In this document: positions 11,331 through 24,123 of the stretch, piece after piece
Position numbering within the stretch: the stretch's first letter is position 1
How the letters are laid out: each line of letters begins with the position of its first letter
Origin: Octopus vulgaris
Lineage: Eukaryota
NCBI GenBank assembly: GCA_951406725.2
Contig: OX597821.1
Location: 52,080,001 to 52,144,000, forward strand
Direction: 5' to 3'
Length of the DNA stretch: 64,000 nt
The notes under the pieces: generated by a model
Seen by the model: only the letters and a program-made list of their open reading frames with translations
Databases searched by the model: none
Told to the model about the DNA's origin: nothing
Position numbers and translations under genes: made by a program

Positions 11331-13270
11331 GCTATGTTGACGGAGGTCCATTCTTATCAGAAGGATTAGTAAGAAAAGTGTGATGTTGTCTCTTTACCAC
11401 TAGAGGTCAGAAAGTAATATTATACCTGGTTTGCAGGTGTCGTAAGAAACGGGAACGAAAAATCCATGAAAAAAAATCCAGAGAGGAAATTTTGATCGTT
11501 AGAGTTATGTATCTTGGAAAGGGATCAGGCAGTGTCAAAACAGTGTATGAGGTAAATACCTGTACAGTAGGGGCGGGAAGTGGCGATGAGCAGGGTCAAT
11601 CTTGAAATCATGTGTGGATGTGTATATACATATGTATGTATTTATTTGTAATAAGCTGGGTGTGCCAAACTTTATGTCAAAAACTCAGACTGTGGTGATG
11701 AGAAAAACCGATGGTGGAAGCTCCTAGCGTTTATATTCAGGGTTCGGTCCTCCAGGATTCAAGGACATAATCTGTATTCATGAGGGCAAGACCGGAAATT
11801 TTGCTCTTACAGTTTGAATTAGTATCCGAGTGAAGAGAATTCTTCAGTATAATGCTTTTCTCAGCCACATAGAGACTGCATCTCTCACTGCCAGAGGACT
11901 AAGTTTTGTACTTTTCCAGTACACTCCACATTATGTTGTGATCTGTGAGCTTTCTTCCAATGATCATATGTGCCTGATACGGCTGTAACATTTTGCGTCC
12001 ACTGGATATTGAAGGAGGACTTGTGATTACTAAATTTGGTTCTGAAGGGCACATATGTATATGTGAGTGTGCGTGCGTGTGTGTGTGTGTATGTAAATAT
12101 AATATATTATATGCATATAAATATAATATGATATAATATGATATAGGATAACAATATAATATACATATTTCTATGTCCGTACTTATGTTTACCGGCATAA
12201 TCCGGTAAGAAGATATTTAGCTTAATGTCAAGCCACTTAACCTCGTAATACGATAGATGGAGATCAATATTTAATAAGTGGTATATTGAAATAAGTACAT
12301 GAGATCGATATTATCGCAGAAAAAAGCCCTTAAAGGCGGTGCCCCAGAATAGTCGCAGTTCAATGTCTGAGACAAGCAAGTTACCGAATAAAAGGCCGGG
12401 TAACGTGTGAAAGAACAGCGGTTATAGAAGGTGTGATAGTTTAATGGTGTGATATAATATTGCAATAGACTAATGAGGTGTGAGTCAGAGTGCTTGTGGG
12501 GTACGATGGTGGGGATGGTAGTGCAAGTGGGAGAGGGCAGAGTATATACGAGGAGAGACAGAGAGTTAAAGAGATAGATAGGGAGAGAGAGAAAGAGAGG
12601 GAGAGAGAGAAAGAGAGGGAGAGAGAGAAAGAGAGGGAGATAAGAGGAGTGAATACAAAATTGGAGGTGAAAAATGTTAGAAGTGGAAGATAAACTAAAA
12701 GAGTTTATCTTTTATAAAATAGTTGTTCTATATGTCTAGACGTGTAGAGGTTGCAAGCCGGTGTTGACGGCACAGTTAGTACGGTGTCGGGCCATTTAGG
12801 TGGAGTGAGGTGAGAGGTAGTCAATACTACAGACGCTTCATTAGCAATGGAAAGAGTGAACGCCAGAGAATATTGTGCATGTTATTCCTACAATTAAATC
12901 AACACGGAACCAACAAAAGAGCTCTCATATTCGTTCACGCATCATGCCTGAAATAACAGCCAAATAACTCCAAAATGACGCTCTACAACCTTAGAAAAGG
13001 ACAAATTTGTTACTGTGGTCGAGGTGCAATGATAATAAAACAAGAAAAAAAATAAAGGTTTGTTGATAAAGGAATAGATGGGGCTGAAACCAACAATAAT
13101 AACTATAACAAGCAGTTTAAGATTGGCACAAAAATAAAACCGAAATACAGGTATTTTGGGAAATAAGTGTGTATTTTGAGAATATATGGTTACAACACGT
13201 CTGTCAAATTATTTGTAACACACACGCATACATATATATAAAATTCACTTCAACATTTAAATTTAATGTG

Positions 13271-13317
13271 TGTCAAAATATTTTCATTGCTTTGAAACCG
13301 CGATCTGTTCACTAACA
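13271..13317 (-). ncRNA. Minimal type I hammerhead-like motif, G3-C8 core variant (second copy)
   Basis: Minus strand: UGUUA-GUGAACA-G-AUCGC GGUUUCAAA GCAAU-GAAA-AUAUUU-UGACA. Stem I is 5 bp with one G-U. Confidence 0.5.
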
Positions 13318-13735
13318 AAACTTCGTGCTGCCTTTTGTATTTGATATAGACATATATACGTACTTGCATACATCTATATATGACACATACCCATACATGC
13401 ATGCATATACAACCTCATATACACACACATGCACAAGTACGCTAAAATATACATATATCTACACATATATTCATACATACTAATCTATATGCAATCATAA
13501 GACTATATATAATTACATATATGTAGTTCAGTATCATGCTTCTCAACATGTATGTACGAATTTCTTCATGTAAATGAGAGAAAGGGGTGGTTATAGATGG
13601 GTACTCCCGAGTGGAATCTGGTTGTTACCCCATTCGGATTTACGGTTGAGGGTAGGTTTGTATTCCAGTATACAGACAACTTCGGTGACTTGTCTCCGCA
13701 TTGCATCAGTGGTATGTGTAGATAGGATATCTAAC

Positions 13736-14145
13736 CTAAGTCTTCCCACAGAGCCACCGTGGCAGTTTACAGCATGCTGATAAAAGATGGAGTTTGGTTT
13801 TTTTCTTAATGTAGCTGTCTAGGTGTTCTTCGAACCTATCATTGATGCTCCTAGTTGTCTCACCAACATAGGACTCTGGGATAACCGCGCAAGTCCCTTT
13901 CTGGTACTTAATCTGGTATACAGTGTTTTTCTTTTTGCAGTTCAAATGTGAGTGTGTAGAACATACTACATAATTATTCCGACACGTGATTTTATCAAAT
14001 GGGTATGACTTACTTAATACAGATTTGATAATTCTACATGTCTTTTGTACAACTTTGATTTTGAGGCCAGTTGCACGTAGAATTTTCTTAAATGCCCCCT
14101 CCACCCTATTCCAGAACTTGCTGCGGTATAGGGGGCATATGCCGT

Positions 14146-14148
<3 letters not shown>
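13736..14148 (-). mobile_element. Penelope-like element fragment (Cys-rich linker plus GIY-YIG endonuclease)
   Basis: CRNNYVVCSTHSHLNCKKKNTVYQIKYQKGTCAVIPESYVGETTRSINDRFEEH contains the VY..YVGET.R..R..EH GIY-YIG signature. Confidence 0.85.
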
Positions 14149-14195
<47 letters not shown>

Positions 14196-14214
14196 GTGTG
14201 TGTGTGTGTGTTTG

Positions 14215-14448
14215 TGTAGATGGTTGAAAAGGAACACATGTGTTAATATATAAAAGGAAAATAAGACAAGGTGGAAAATGTTAAAATAATTTTATCATAA
14301 AGAATATTTTAGTACCGGTTTCAGACTTTGCGACTTTTTCAACTTAGGGTAAAGTATGAAAAACAAACTAAATTGAGAAAAAAATTAAATGAAATGTTTT
14401 TAAAAAATATTTCCATAGTCTTCAAATACAATGGTCATTTTCCTTTAT
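14215..14448 (-). mobile_element. Dispersed repeat, putative PLE terminus, copy 2
   Basis: Homologous to 3087-3347. Confidence 0.6.
14309..14346 (-). ncRNA. Minimal type I hammerhead-like motif, U3-A8 core variant (second copy)
   Basis: Minus strand: UAAG-UUGAAAA-AGUC GCAAA GUCU-GAAAC CG GUA-CUAA. Confidence 0.5.
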
Positions 14449-14449
14449 C

Positions 14450-15622
14450 TATTTTTTATGAAAACTGGTATTTTGAATGCGCCCTTACTGTTTTTATTGT
14501 GATGTCACATGGGTTAAAGTTATTGCTTGTCAAGCATAGTCAAAGAACTGCAGAAAGAACTCCATCATATGTAGACTCTTTATGGAACTTTGCCACCACA
14601 AATCTGCATTTGCTTACAATTCTGAAAATCCTTTCCTCAGGTGACAACTGGCTTGAATATATGTTTTGTATTTCAGAAATATGGTCAGTTGTGAGAGGAG
14701 AAAATACAAATCAGCCCTGATGTCTTTTGCTGTATTTGTGCATATTACACTGTACCCAGGCATTGAAATAAAATCACAGATATTTTGAAGAAAGTTTACC
14801 TTACTTTGGCAAGAAACTGGGTGGCACAATACAGTGTATAAAACTATACACACCATATCCTGTGTAAAGCATGTTGAAACACTGAGACAGCTTTGTCTTG
14901 TGAGAAAATTAAGATTGGTGTGTTTGATGGGCCACACATTAGGTGGCTATTACATGACGAGCAGTTTTTGGAGGCCATGTATGGCATTGTAAAAAATGTT
15001 GCTGAAGCTGCATTTGATTTCCTGGGAAATAGGAAGTCATTAAACCACGAAAAACCTGTGCAGACCCTGTTCACCAGTTTTCGAGCACTGGCCAGTAACA
15101 TAAGTGTAAAAGTGCATTTCTTGCACATTCATCTGGACTACTTCCCTGAACATCATAGTGCAATAAGTAATGAGCAAGGAGAAAGATTCCACCAAGGCAC
15201 CAAGACCATGGAGACTAGGTATCAAGGCGGGTGGAAAAGAAGCATGATGTCTGACTACTGCTAGTCTCTGCAAAGAAGCTGTCGTGATATAAGTTATTCA
15301 TATAAAGTAGTAAAAGGAAAGTTCACGCCTTGAAGCTCATAAGATGTGTAATTAAACGTTTGAGTAATATATCTGTTAAGTAATAAATGCAACAATTTGG
15401 TTTGTGTTAGTTTCTTATCTCAGTATTGCATTTACTGACAAAATTGACATTTTTCGGTCAAAAAAATGAATTCCTATTTAACCCTTCCACAAAAAAAAAA
15501 AAAAAAAAAAATTGATGTGATAGAACATTTCTGAGGGCATTTCTGAACCCAGCATCACTAAATGAGGTAGGAATAATTGTAAAAAGCAAGACAACTTTTC
15601 TTGTCGAAAATGTTCCCCAGTG
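14450..15622 (+). mobile_element. Internally deleted Chapaev3-like (CMC) DNA transposon
   Basis: An N-terminal remnant PDVFCCICAYY..KKVY..YFG.KLG (~14700-14890) is fused to C-terminal motifs GVFDGPHIR, FLGNRK, KVHFLHIHLDYFPE and SNEQGERFHQ..KTMETRYQG.W..SMMSDYC. The 3' end is TGTTCCCCAGTG followed by TTA. No 5' TIR is seen. Confidence 0.75.
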
Positions 15623-15624
15623 TT

Positions 15625-15836
15625 ATCAATAAAATAATAAAAACGACTGATCAGCCCTATTACTTATGGGTAAATAATACAATTCTGATTATTCAGAGAG
15701 TAAACTGTTAAAAAGTAAAAAACGTGACGAGATATAACAAAATGGTGTGTAGTTTTGAAATCAGCATGTCAATTTCAGTCAAAATCAAGTGAACAAGCAA
15801 ACCCAACAGAAATTATGTTGAAATTGTTTCTCTGTG
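15625..15836 (+). mobile_element. Second Chapaev3-like 3' terminus
   Basis: AAAACGTGACGAGATATAACAAAA...TTTGAAATCAGCA...AATTGTTTCTCTGTG parallels the preceding terminus (ATTGATGTGATAGAACA...CTGAACCCAGCA...TGTTCCCCAGTG). Confidence 0.5.
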
Positions 15837-15945
15837 TCATGTAATATAATATGATATAATATAATGTAATGTAATATAATATGATATAATATAATATAAT
15901 ATAATATGATACAATATAATATAATATAATATATATATATATTTT

Positions 15946-16232
15946 CGTGACCAACCAGGCTATCGGATAGTGCTATACATCGCTGGTCACAATGCGCTTC
16001 ATATTTTAGCCTTCAAATCACGCCACCCAGCAGGCTAAGCGAGCAGGCCAACAGAAAAAAGAGTGAGAGAAAATTGTGGCGAAAGAGTACAGCAGGGATC
16101 GCCACCACCCCTGCCAGAGCATCGTGGAGCTTTAGGTGTTTTCGCTCAATAAACACTCACAACGCCGGTCTAGGAATCGGAACCGCGATCCTACGACCGC
16201 GAGTCCGCTGCCCTACCCGCTGGGTCATTGCG
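15946..16232 (-). mobile_element. tRNA-derived SINE family B, tail type 2
   Basis: Same head and body as 22184-22566 but a different 3' tail; homologous to 28965-29252. Confidence 0.85.
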
Positions 16233-16599
16233 GTATACACACACAATTACATTTACGAAATCATGTTTTTCTTCATTATCTTATCGTACAGAATCTATAC
16301 ACAAGAACAGTAGTAATGGTTGTACTTACCCTGACAATATCTTGCATCAAGGAGTATCTAAACATCCAGTCGAGTTTTATTTCATCGTTCTCCAGGATGT
16401 CCTGAAATGAAGTGAAATACATAATATATAATTATGTATGAATGTATGTATGTACGTACGTATGTAGCTATGTACGTTGGATCAATCGGGGTCAGTGAAA
16501 AGAAAAAACACTTTAAGATAACTGGCAAGAAAAATTACATCAGTTTATGCGAAGGCTATTTTAAAAAGTCTTATACAAACCATTAATCTTCTTTCCGGC

Positions 16600-17340
16600 G
16601 CATCAACAAAAGTAAAGCCAGTAAGTTGTAGCTACGTATAGGGTTGGAAAACCAGATGCACAGCACATACAATCAAGTGGAGAATCGTGGAAGGATCCAT
16701 GCCATATGTAAATGGATCTAAGAAATGCAACTTATGCGTAGCAGAAAGATCGAACATTATTTTCAGATCCAAGAATTCCATCACACTACTTAATTTCAGA
16801 TCCGAACTTTTCAATAAATGCAAGCATATGGACAAATTTCTTTTGGCGAATTGGAGGACACCACACTCTTCGTGTTGAGCTGCTGTCTCGTAGCCTTTGG
16901 ATTTCTCTCTGTTTAAGCATTTTCTTTCTTTTCTTTTCTTTCCTTTCTTTTCCGTTTTTATCCATAGTTTGTCTTCTCATTATACGTTTGCATCAACCTT
17001 TATCTTGCTCTTTCTCGCGGTTTCTCATGTAGCAGCATCCTAATTTTCAGACAAAACATATCATGTGCTCAAAGCTCGTAGATTGCTTGGAGATACAAAG
17101 CACTTTATAAAAAACTGCTTAACCACGTTTCTTAATGGTCAGAAACTATTAGTAGCACTTATTTTATACAGGCCATATATAATTGAGTCTGAAAGATTGT
17201 TTGTAAACACAAGGCATGTTGCACAAGGTTGTCAGTTTGTTGTGTTTTAACAGCATGAAACTAATAGAAGCTCGAATATAAAATACTGAATATATTAAAT
17301 CTAATTTATCTCTCACTGGATGGAATACGTTTTTGTTGGT
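16600..17340 (+). mobile_element. 3' end of a Penelope-like element (end of GIY-YIG ORF plus 3' region with a decayed hammerhead)
   Basis: IKWRIVEGSMPYVNGSKKCNLCVAERSNII...LLNFRSELFNKCKHMDKFLLAN resembles a PLE C-terminus (CxLCxxE...LNxRxE...CxH). A pyrimidine-rich UTR follows, with a hammerhead relic at 17183-17275. Confidence 0.75.
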
Positions 17341-17721
17341 CTTACCCTAACGGAACAGTAAATTATAATCGAAGGAAAAGGCAAAAATAAGGAAAAATAA
17401 TTTAATAATTTAATTCACTAGATTTCCAAGTTATCAACATTGGAAATATGCATTAGAGGGGAGTGGGATGGCGGCGGGGAAGTGACAGGAATTTAAGATG
17501 AAAACAGAATGGGTAATAGAAATCTAAGTATAGCGTAACAAAAAATTACGATGGATACCATTTCAATGATGCTTCAATCATATTATATAATTAGTTCCAA
17601 GAAGTTTCCTCTTCAAATCATATTGCATCAGAAGGTGAATAAAAACTGTACCGTGGCTAGGGTCCAGGCAAAGCAGTTATACGGTTTGATACTAAACGAT
17701 AAAAGTGATAAACTGAATGTA

Positions 17722-18549
17722 TAGGATGTTCGGGTTACATTTAACGATATTTTATGACTTTTTTTTCAGGAACAGCTTGATATGTTGGTGAACTATCAAC
17801 GTCGTTGGAGAACATAACGATTAAAGTAGAAGTTGAGAAAATGATGGCTGACATGGAGAACCTGAAGCCACTTGAATGTCGGAAAAAAGTTACGTGTATC
17901 ATGATGATTCGCACCAAATATCAAAATGCCGACATCACGACAGCTGCTGAATACTCTGTGGACATTTTCAAAACTGTGAGATGTGACATGGGCAGCTGCA
18001 ACGGAAACTACAAGTTGCGAAGGGACACAACAGGCGTTTCGAATCGCACTTTAGGTTCAGTTCAGCTACTGGAGATTGTGGTCAAAGCCCTGACTGGAGA
18101 GAGTTGGTGCTGGAAGGATATATGCGCAGCAGCAGGATTCGATCCCTTGCCATACCTCCTGAAAGAGCCACAAGTGGTTGCTGGAAGCTTTATAAAACTT
18201 TATCAGTCCTAATTTCTGGTGTCCTAATTTCCCCCGACTGTAATTTCATGGATTTCTATTTGTGGGGCGCGCTTGAGGAAGGCAACACCCATTCTACCTT
18301 CAACATCAAGACCGAGCTGATGGTTTCAACATCAAGACCGAGCTGATCAAGATGATCGAAGACTTTCCCATGATACAGTGAGGAATGCATGTACTATCTT
18401 CCGGGGTTGTATTTAGGGCGTGCTGGAAGCTGAGCGCGGTTACTTTGTTCAAACAGCTATCTCTAAGACATAATAAAGTTGATACATTTTGAATTCTTAG
18501 AATACTTTTATTTTTGGATGAGAAATTGTCAAACTTTGCCGGCATGTTG
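17722..18549 (+). mobile_element. Internally deleted, decayed Tc1/mariner (maT/DD37D-like) element
   Basis: Degenerate TIR (TA)TAGGATGTTCGGGTTACATTTAACGATATTT. Peptides KKVTCIMMIRTKYQNADI and SPDCNFMDFYLWGALE are homologous to the copy at 51322-52182. Confidence 0.75.
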
Positions 18550-18716
18550 GAAATAACCTTTTTGTTAAATTTTGGTTGGTTTACAATTTTTCTGATGAGA
18601 TAGTTAATGATTTATTGTACTGAAAAATATGGATGTTAAAATATGATTTTCTATATACTAAAAATAGACAAATATCTTTCTTATAAGGGCACATAGGATA
18701 AATTCACCATATATAA

Positions 18717-18983
18717 ACTCTCTTTACTCTTTTACTTGTTTCAGTCATTTGACTGTAGCCATGCTGGAGCACCGCCTTTAGTCGAGCAAATCGACGCCAG
18801 GACTTTTTCTTTGTAAGCCTAGTACTTATTCTATCTGTATCTTTTGCCGAACTGCTAAGTTACGGGGACGTAAACACACCAGCATCGGTTGTCAGGCGAT
18901 GTTGGGGGGACAAACACAGACACACAAACACACACATATATATATACATATATACGATGGGCTTCTTTCAGTTTCCGTCTATC
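18717..18983 (-). mobile_element. SINE family A, 3' portion
   Basis: CTCTTTTACTTGTTTCAGTCATTTGACTG...GGAGCACCGCCTTTAGTCGAGCAAATCGAC, near-identical to the full copies. Confidence 0.85.
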
Positions 18984-19204
18984 AGTCAATAAAATCATAA
19001 GTAATTGTTCTCCTGAGATTTTCTTTTACCGAAAGCCAGAAACGTTTCAGCATCCCCACGTACTCATGCAAAGTGTACCTCCCCCATCCACCACAGATGT
19101 TCATCTGTACGTCTACCTGTACATATACACACTAACACATATATACAAACACTCACTTATGGTTATTTATGGTGATTAGGGTGTGTGTATTGGTATGTAT
19201 TTAT

Positions 19205-19437
19205 GCGGTGAGCTGGCAGAATCGTTAGCAGGCCGGGCGAAATGCTTAGTCGTATTTCGTCCGCCGTTACGTTCTGAGTTCAAATTCCGCCGAGGTCGAC
19301 TTTGCTTTTCATCCTTTCGGGGTCGATTAAATAAGTTCCAGTTACGCACTGGGGTCGATATAATCAACTTAATTCGTTTGTCTGTCCTTGTTTGTCCCTT
19401 TTGTGTTTAACCCCTTGTGGGTAGTAAAGAAATAGGT
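19205..19437 (+). mobile_element. SINE family C
   Basis: GCGGTGAGCTGGCAGAATCGTTAGC (A box), GAGTTCAAATTCC (B box) and the central CATCCTTTCGGGGTCGAT domain. Confidence 0.85.
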
Positions 19438-19709
19438 ATATATTTATGACTTCGACTCTATGTGTGTGTATTGGTTCGTGCATGTATGTATGCATCTATC
19501 TATATGTATAAATGAATACGTGTGTGTGTGTAGGTTTATATGAGTGTGTGCATGAATGCATATGTGTGAGAACAACAGCAACAACAAGAATGACAACAAT
19601 AAGGTCAATCCAGAGGTATCATAAAGAGATTCACCATACCAAACAGCGTTCATTAATACTGGAAAAGTCACACCGATGTTGATTAATAGGCGCGCACCAA
19701 AGTTTTTGC

Positions 19710-19743
<34 letters not shown>

Positions 19744-20032
19744 ATTGTTGTTGATTGTTGCTAACGAACTTTAAATTTAATAGCCGACGCACTAATTACT
19801 CACTCATGCTATTAACTTTTAATTACACTTTCAATTAATTACAATTCTGATATGTTAAGGACCGTTAATCCCCCCAAATCCTTGATGATTAAAATATCAA
19901 CTTTCATTACAACTTTATAAAACGTTAACTACAAGTTGAAGGTGAGGAAATGACGATTGTCATTTCTAATGCTGGAGTTGCTGTTGATGCTGTTATACAT
20001 ACATACATACATACATGCATACATACATATGT

Positions 20033-20265
20033 ACTCTTTTACTCTCTTTTTACTCTTTTACTTGTTTCAGTCATTTGACTGTGGCCATGCTGGAGCACCG
20101 CCTTTAGTCGAACGAATCGACCCCAGGTCTTATTCTTTGTAAGCCTAGTACTTATTCTATCGGTCTCTTTTTGCCGAACCGCTAAGTTACGGGGACGTAA
20201 ACACACCAGCATCGGTTGCCAAGCGATGTTGTTGGGACAAACACAGACACACATACAGACACACA

Positions 20266-20360
<95 letters not shown>

Positions 20361-20517
20361 GACGGGCTTCTTTCAGTTTCCGTGTACCAAATCCACTCAC
20401 AAGGCTTTGGTCGGCCCGAGGCTATAGTAGAAGACACTTGCCCAAGGTGCCACGAAGTGGGACTGAACCCGGAACCATGTGGTTCGTAAGTAAGCTACTT
20501 ACCACACAACCACTCCT
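20033..20517 (-). mobile_element. SINE family A, full length, with internal (TA)n(TG)n
   Basis: Minus-strand head GGAGTGGTTGTGTGGTAAG...GGTTCAGTCCC (A/B boxes), a conserved body and a (GAGTAAAA)n-like tail. Confidence 0.9.
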
Positions 20518-21476
20518 ATAATGATTTAAGTAATGGGAAGATTAATACCAAATCCATTAGGTCAGTTATGAGTGAGATATGATCAAAGCATTCCAGCCTT
20601 GACTGTCTTGTTTTATTGAGATCTACATTGACTACTGTATATGAATATAGTTTTACACACTTTAGAATGCGTTTTGGGGAAATATGACTGCTGTTTCTAA
20701 TAAAACATAATGATCGTATAGAGTCACCTTGTTGGTGGACATGCTTGAAAGATGACCAGAAGTCTTGCGATATTTACATCAACCCCCTTTATTCATTCCT
20801 ATAGATTCAAATCCCGTTGAAGTTGGTTTTATTGTTTCTGGTGTCTATGCAAATAAACACGAAATATCCTCCAGAGCAGACCAGATCAAACATCCCCGTT
20901 CTTAACACGTATTAGACTTGCATCTAGAGATCCAATGAATCAATATTAAGATGATTAAGAATAAATACGTGGTATACACTGAGTGGCTAGCTATCATAGA
21001 GGAAACAATCTCTCATAGATGAAGTTAAGCTGAGGTGGGTTTGGAAGTTTGAAATTTAAATCAAAGAGTAAATACGGTGTTCAAGAATATACACATTTAA
21101 TATTTCATTTGTATTTTTCACTTAAAGATCTTAAAATTTATTGTCGTTGGTAGCCATGTACACTGCTATTTCCATGCTATTTAATCCTTGTTTATAATCG
21201 TAAGTACGACATAACCCGAGCTAAATAAATTAAGCTAAATTAAACGTTTTACGAAGTTGGACAATTATTAAAGGGGGAAAATAGTTTACATTTTAAAAAG
21301 CATTCGTGGGATATGAATTTGTTCTGTCTGATCATAGAATCTTTAATTGCTCAATTAATGTTTATTGAATAAAAATAAAATTGATCAATAGCATTTGGGT
21401 ATAATTCTTAATGATTTATAGCAACAACATTCAACAGACCTACTCCAAAATGGCTGTTGTGGTTTCTAGATTTGCA

Positions 21477-21879
21477 CTTTTACTTGTTTCAGTCATTTGA
21501 CTGTGGCCATGCTGGAGCACCGCCTTTAGTCGAGCAAATCGACCCCAGGACTTATTCATTGTAAGTCTAGTACTTATTCTATCGGTCTCTTTTTGCCGAA
21601 CCACTAAGTCACGGGGACATAAATACACCAGCATCGGTTGTCAAGCGATGTTGGGGGGACAAACACAGACACACAAACACACACACACACATACACACAC
21701 ACACACACACACATATATATACGACGGGCTTCTTTCAGTTTCCGTCAACCAAATCCACTCACAATGCTTTGGTCGGTCCGAGGCTATAGTAGAAGACACT
21801 TGCCCAAGGCGCCACACAGTGGGACTGAACCCGGAACCATGTGGCTGGTAAGCAAGCTACTTACCACACAGTCACTCCT
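21477..21879 (-). mobile_element. SINE family A, full length
   Basis: Near-identical to 20033-20517 apart from microsatellite length. Confidence 0.9.
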
Positions 21880-22183
21880 TGCTGGTCAACTAACTGATGT
21901 TGGGTATATGAGACTGCGCGTGGTACTTTAAGCAAATTTCTTCTACGATAGAATAGGGTAGGCGAAAGCCTTCTGAGTGGAAATTGGTTGAAGGGAAATG
22001 TGAGGAGATTTAATGTTAAAAAAACCCCGTCACCCGAGTTCACTGGGTAAACATTCAAGGATTCCCCAACTGAAGTTAGCTGGTTTTTTTTTGTACTGAA
22101 ATATGCCAACTCTTAAAAAACACTTAAACCCACATTTGCTTCACTCCTAATCTTTGATACATTTGCTTTATATTTAAACATTG

Positions 22184-22566
22184 GTGGAGGCGCAATGGCC
22201 CAGTGGTTAGGGCAGCGGACTCGCGGTCGTAGGATCGCGGTTTCGATTCCCAGACCGGGCGTTGTGAGTGTTTATTGAGCGAAAACACCTAAAGCTCCAC
22301 GAGGCTCCGGCAGGGGATGGTGGTGATCCCTGCTGTACTCTTTCACCACAACTTTCTCTCACTCTTACTTCCTGTTTCTGTTGTACTTGTATTTCAAAGG
22401 GCCGGCCTTGTCACTCTCTGTGTCACGCTGAATATCCCCGAGAACTACGTTAAGGGTACACGTGTCTGTGGAGTGCTCAGCCACTTACACATTAATTTCA
22501 GGAGCAGGCTGTTCCGTTGATCGGATCAACCGGAACCCTCGTCGTCGAAACCGACGGAGTGCTTCC
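22184..22566 (+). mobile_element. tRNA(Arg-like)-derived SINE family B, tail type 1, with 12-bp TSD
   Basis: A box TGGCCCAGTGG and B-box-like GGTTTCGATTCC. TSD ATTTAAACATTG at 22172-22183 and 22567-22578. Confidence 0.92.
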
Positions 22567-24071
22567 ATTTAAACATTGATTTTGCAATCTTTCTTCATCA
22601 GAACTGTTTTCTTCCCTGTAATTCATCTGTTTCACTTTTTCACTGACTGCCATGTTCAAATAAGAATGAAACTACTTGATCAGTCCTGTTCAAATTCTTA
22701 CGGGATTGTTTCCAAGAAAGAGAACATTTGTTCTTCCTGGATTGAGTGGAAACATAAATGAAGGTAAAGGTGAAACTGTAGCAAATAATACTACAATTCC
22801 AGTTGTGCAAGAGACACATTAACCCTACACACATCTATGCTACCACACGATAAAGGAAGGCCAAATCTAGTGTTTCTTAGAAACATTCTAATAAAACTTT
22901 GAACATGACTGATCAAGTACTTTAATTCCCATTTGGACACCAATAATCGAAAGGGGCAGCTTTAATTCATCTAAGGTTCAAATCTATGATCAGTACAAGT
23001 TGACATCTAAATTCCTCTTTGGCATTTTTACATTCATTTTTCTAAATTCAAACCAAGCTAAATCTCGTAGATTACCATTGCAGTGACACATTTCAAGTGC
23101 TGTGAACAGGAAAATCTCTAAAAGTAAAAATAAAATAATTCTATAGCTTGTATTTCCGATTCTTCCAGTAAAGCCCAGCTGATTATACAGCAATTCCATC
23201 ATGATGGTTATTATTCCATTCTTCAGAATTTAGTCGCTTTTCGATACGTAATTGTCAACGAAAATGTCGATGGATGATGTAACACATTTTCAATTCTAAG
23301 AAGACATTTGGAATCCATTTAGAATTTGCCAATATTTAAATAAATTACACATTAACCACATTCCACCACCACAACCGCCACCACATCCTCCTCCTCCTCC
23401 TCCTACTACTACTACTGCAGTTGCTGCTACAGCCTCCGGCTCCGTCTCCACCGACACCACCACTACCACTACCACCATCGCCGCCGCCTCATTTTTCAGA
23501 ACTACGCAACAAGGAATGAAATAATCACTTGCATAACATTGATATTCTCTCTATCATAGTCAACCAGTAGAGTTCTGAAGAACTCAGTTATTGTTGGAAT
23601 TTTATTTTGATGTTGATATGTATATATATATATATATATATATTTGTATGTGTGTTTTCTTAATCCGTCTTATGTTAACTGTAATAAATTGGATTTATAT
23701 TGCTTTTAGTTCTAATGTATTCTATTTTAATGTTACACTAATATATTAACTTACACACGTGTATCCATCCATCCATTTATCTGTCGAATTACATACATAC
23801 ACACAAATATATATCTCTTTATATTTACATATATATGTACATATTTACGTACATATTTATGTGAGTGTATGTGCGTGAACATAGATGTATACGTATGTGT
23901 GTATATATATGAATATAGTTGTAAATGAACGTATATATATGCATATCTACATAATCTTACACATACACACACACATTTATATAGACATCTAAATATATGT
24001 ATATATAGCTATACATACAAATACACACAAATAAGTATGTCGTATACATGTGTGTGTGTACTTTGTGAGTA

Positions 24072-24123
<52 letters not shown>

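Noticed and set aside
16362-16400. Minus-strand ACAUC-CUGGAGA...AAAAC UCGA CUG-GAUGU hammerhead-like relic
   Set aside because: Stem I pairs, but several core positions and stem II are disrupted.
20039-20521. Recurrent ORFs such as RRASFSFRLPNPLT...RRHLPK and MFIERKHLK
   Set aside because: They are chance frames within non-coding SINE families A and B.
22184-22260. tRNA-Arg-like sequence
   Set aside because: It is the head of a TSD-flanked SINE, not a stand-alone tRNA gene.
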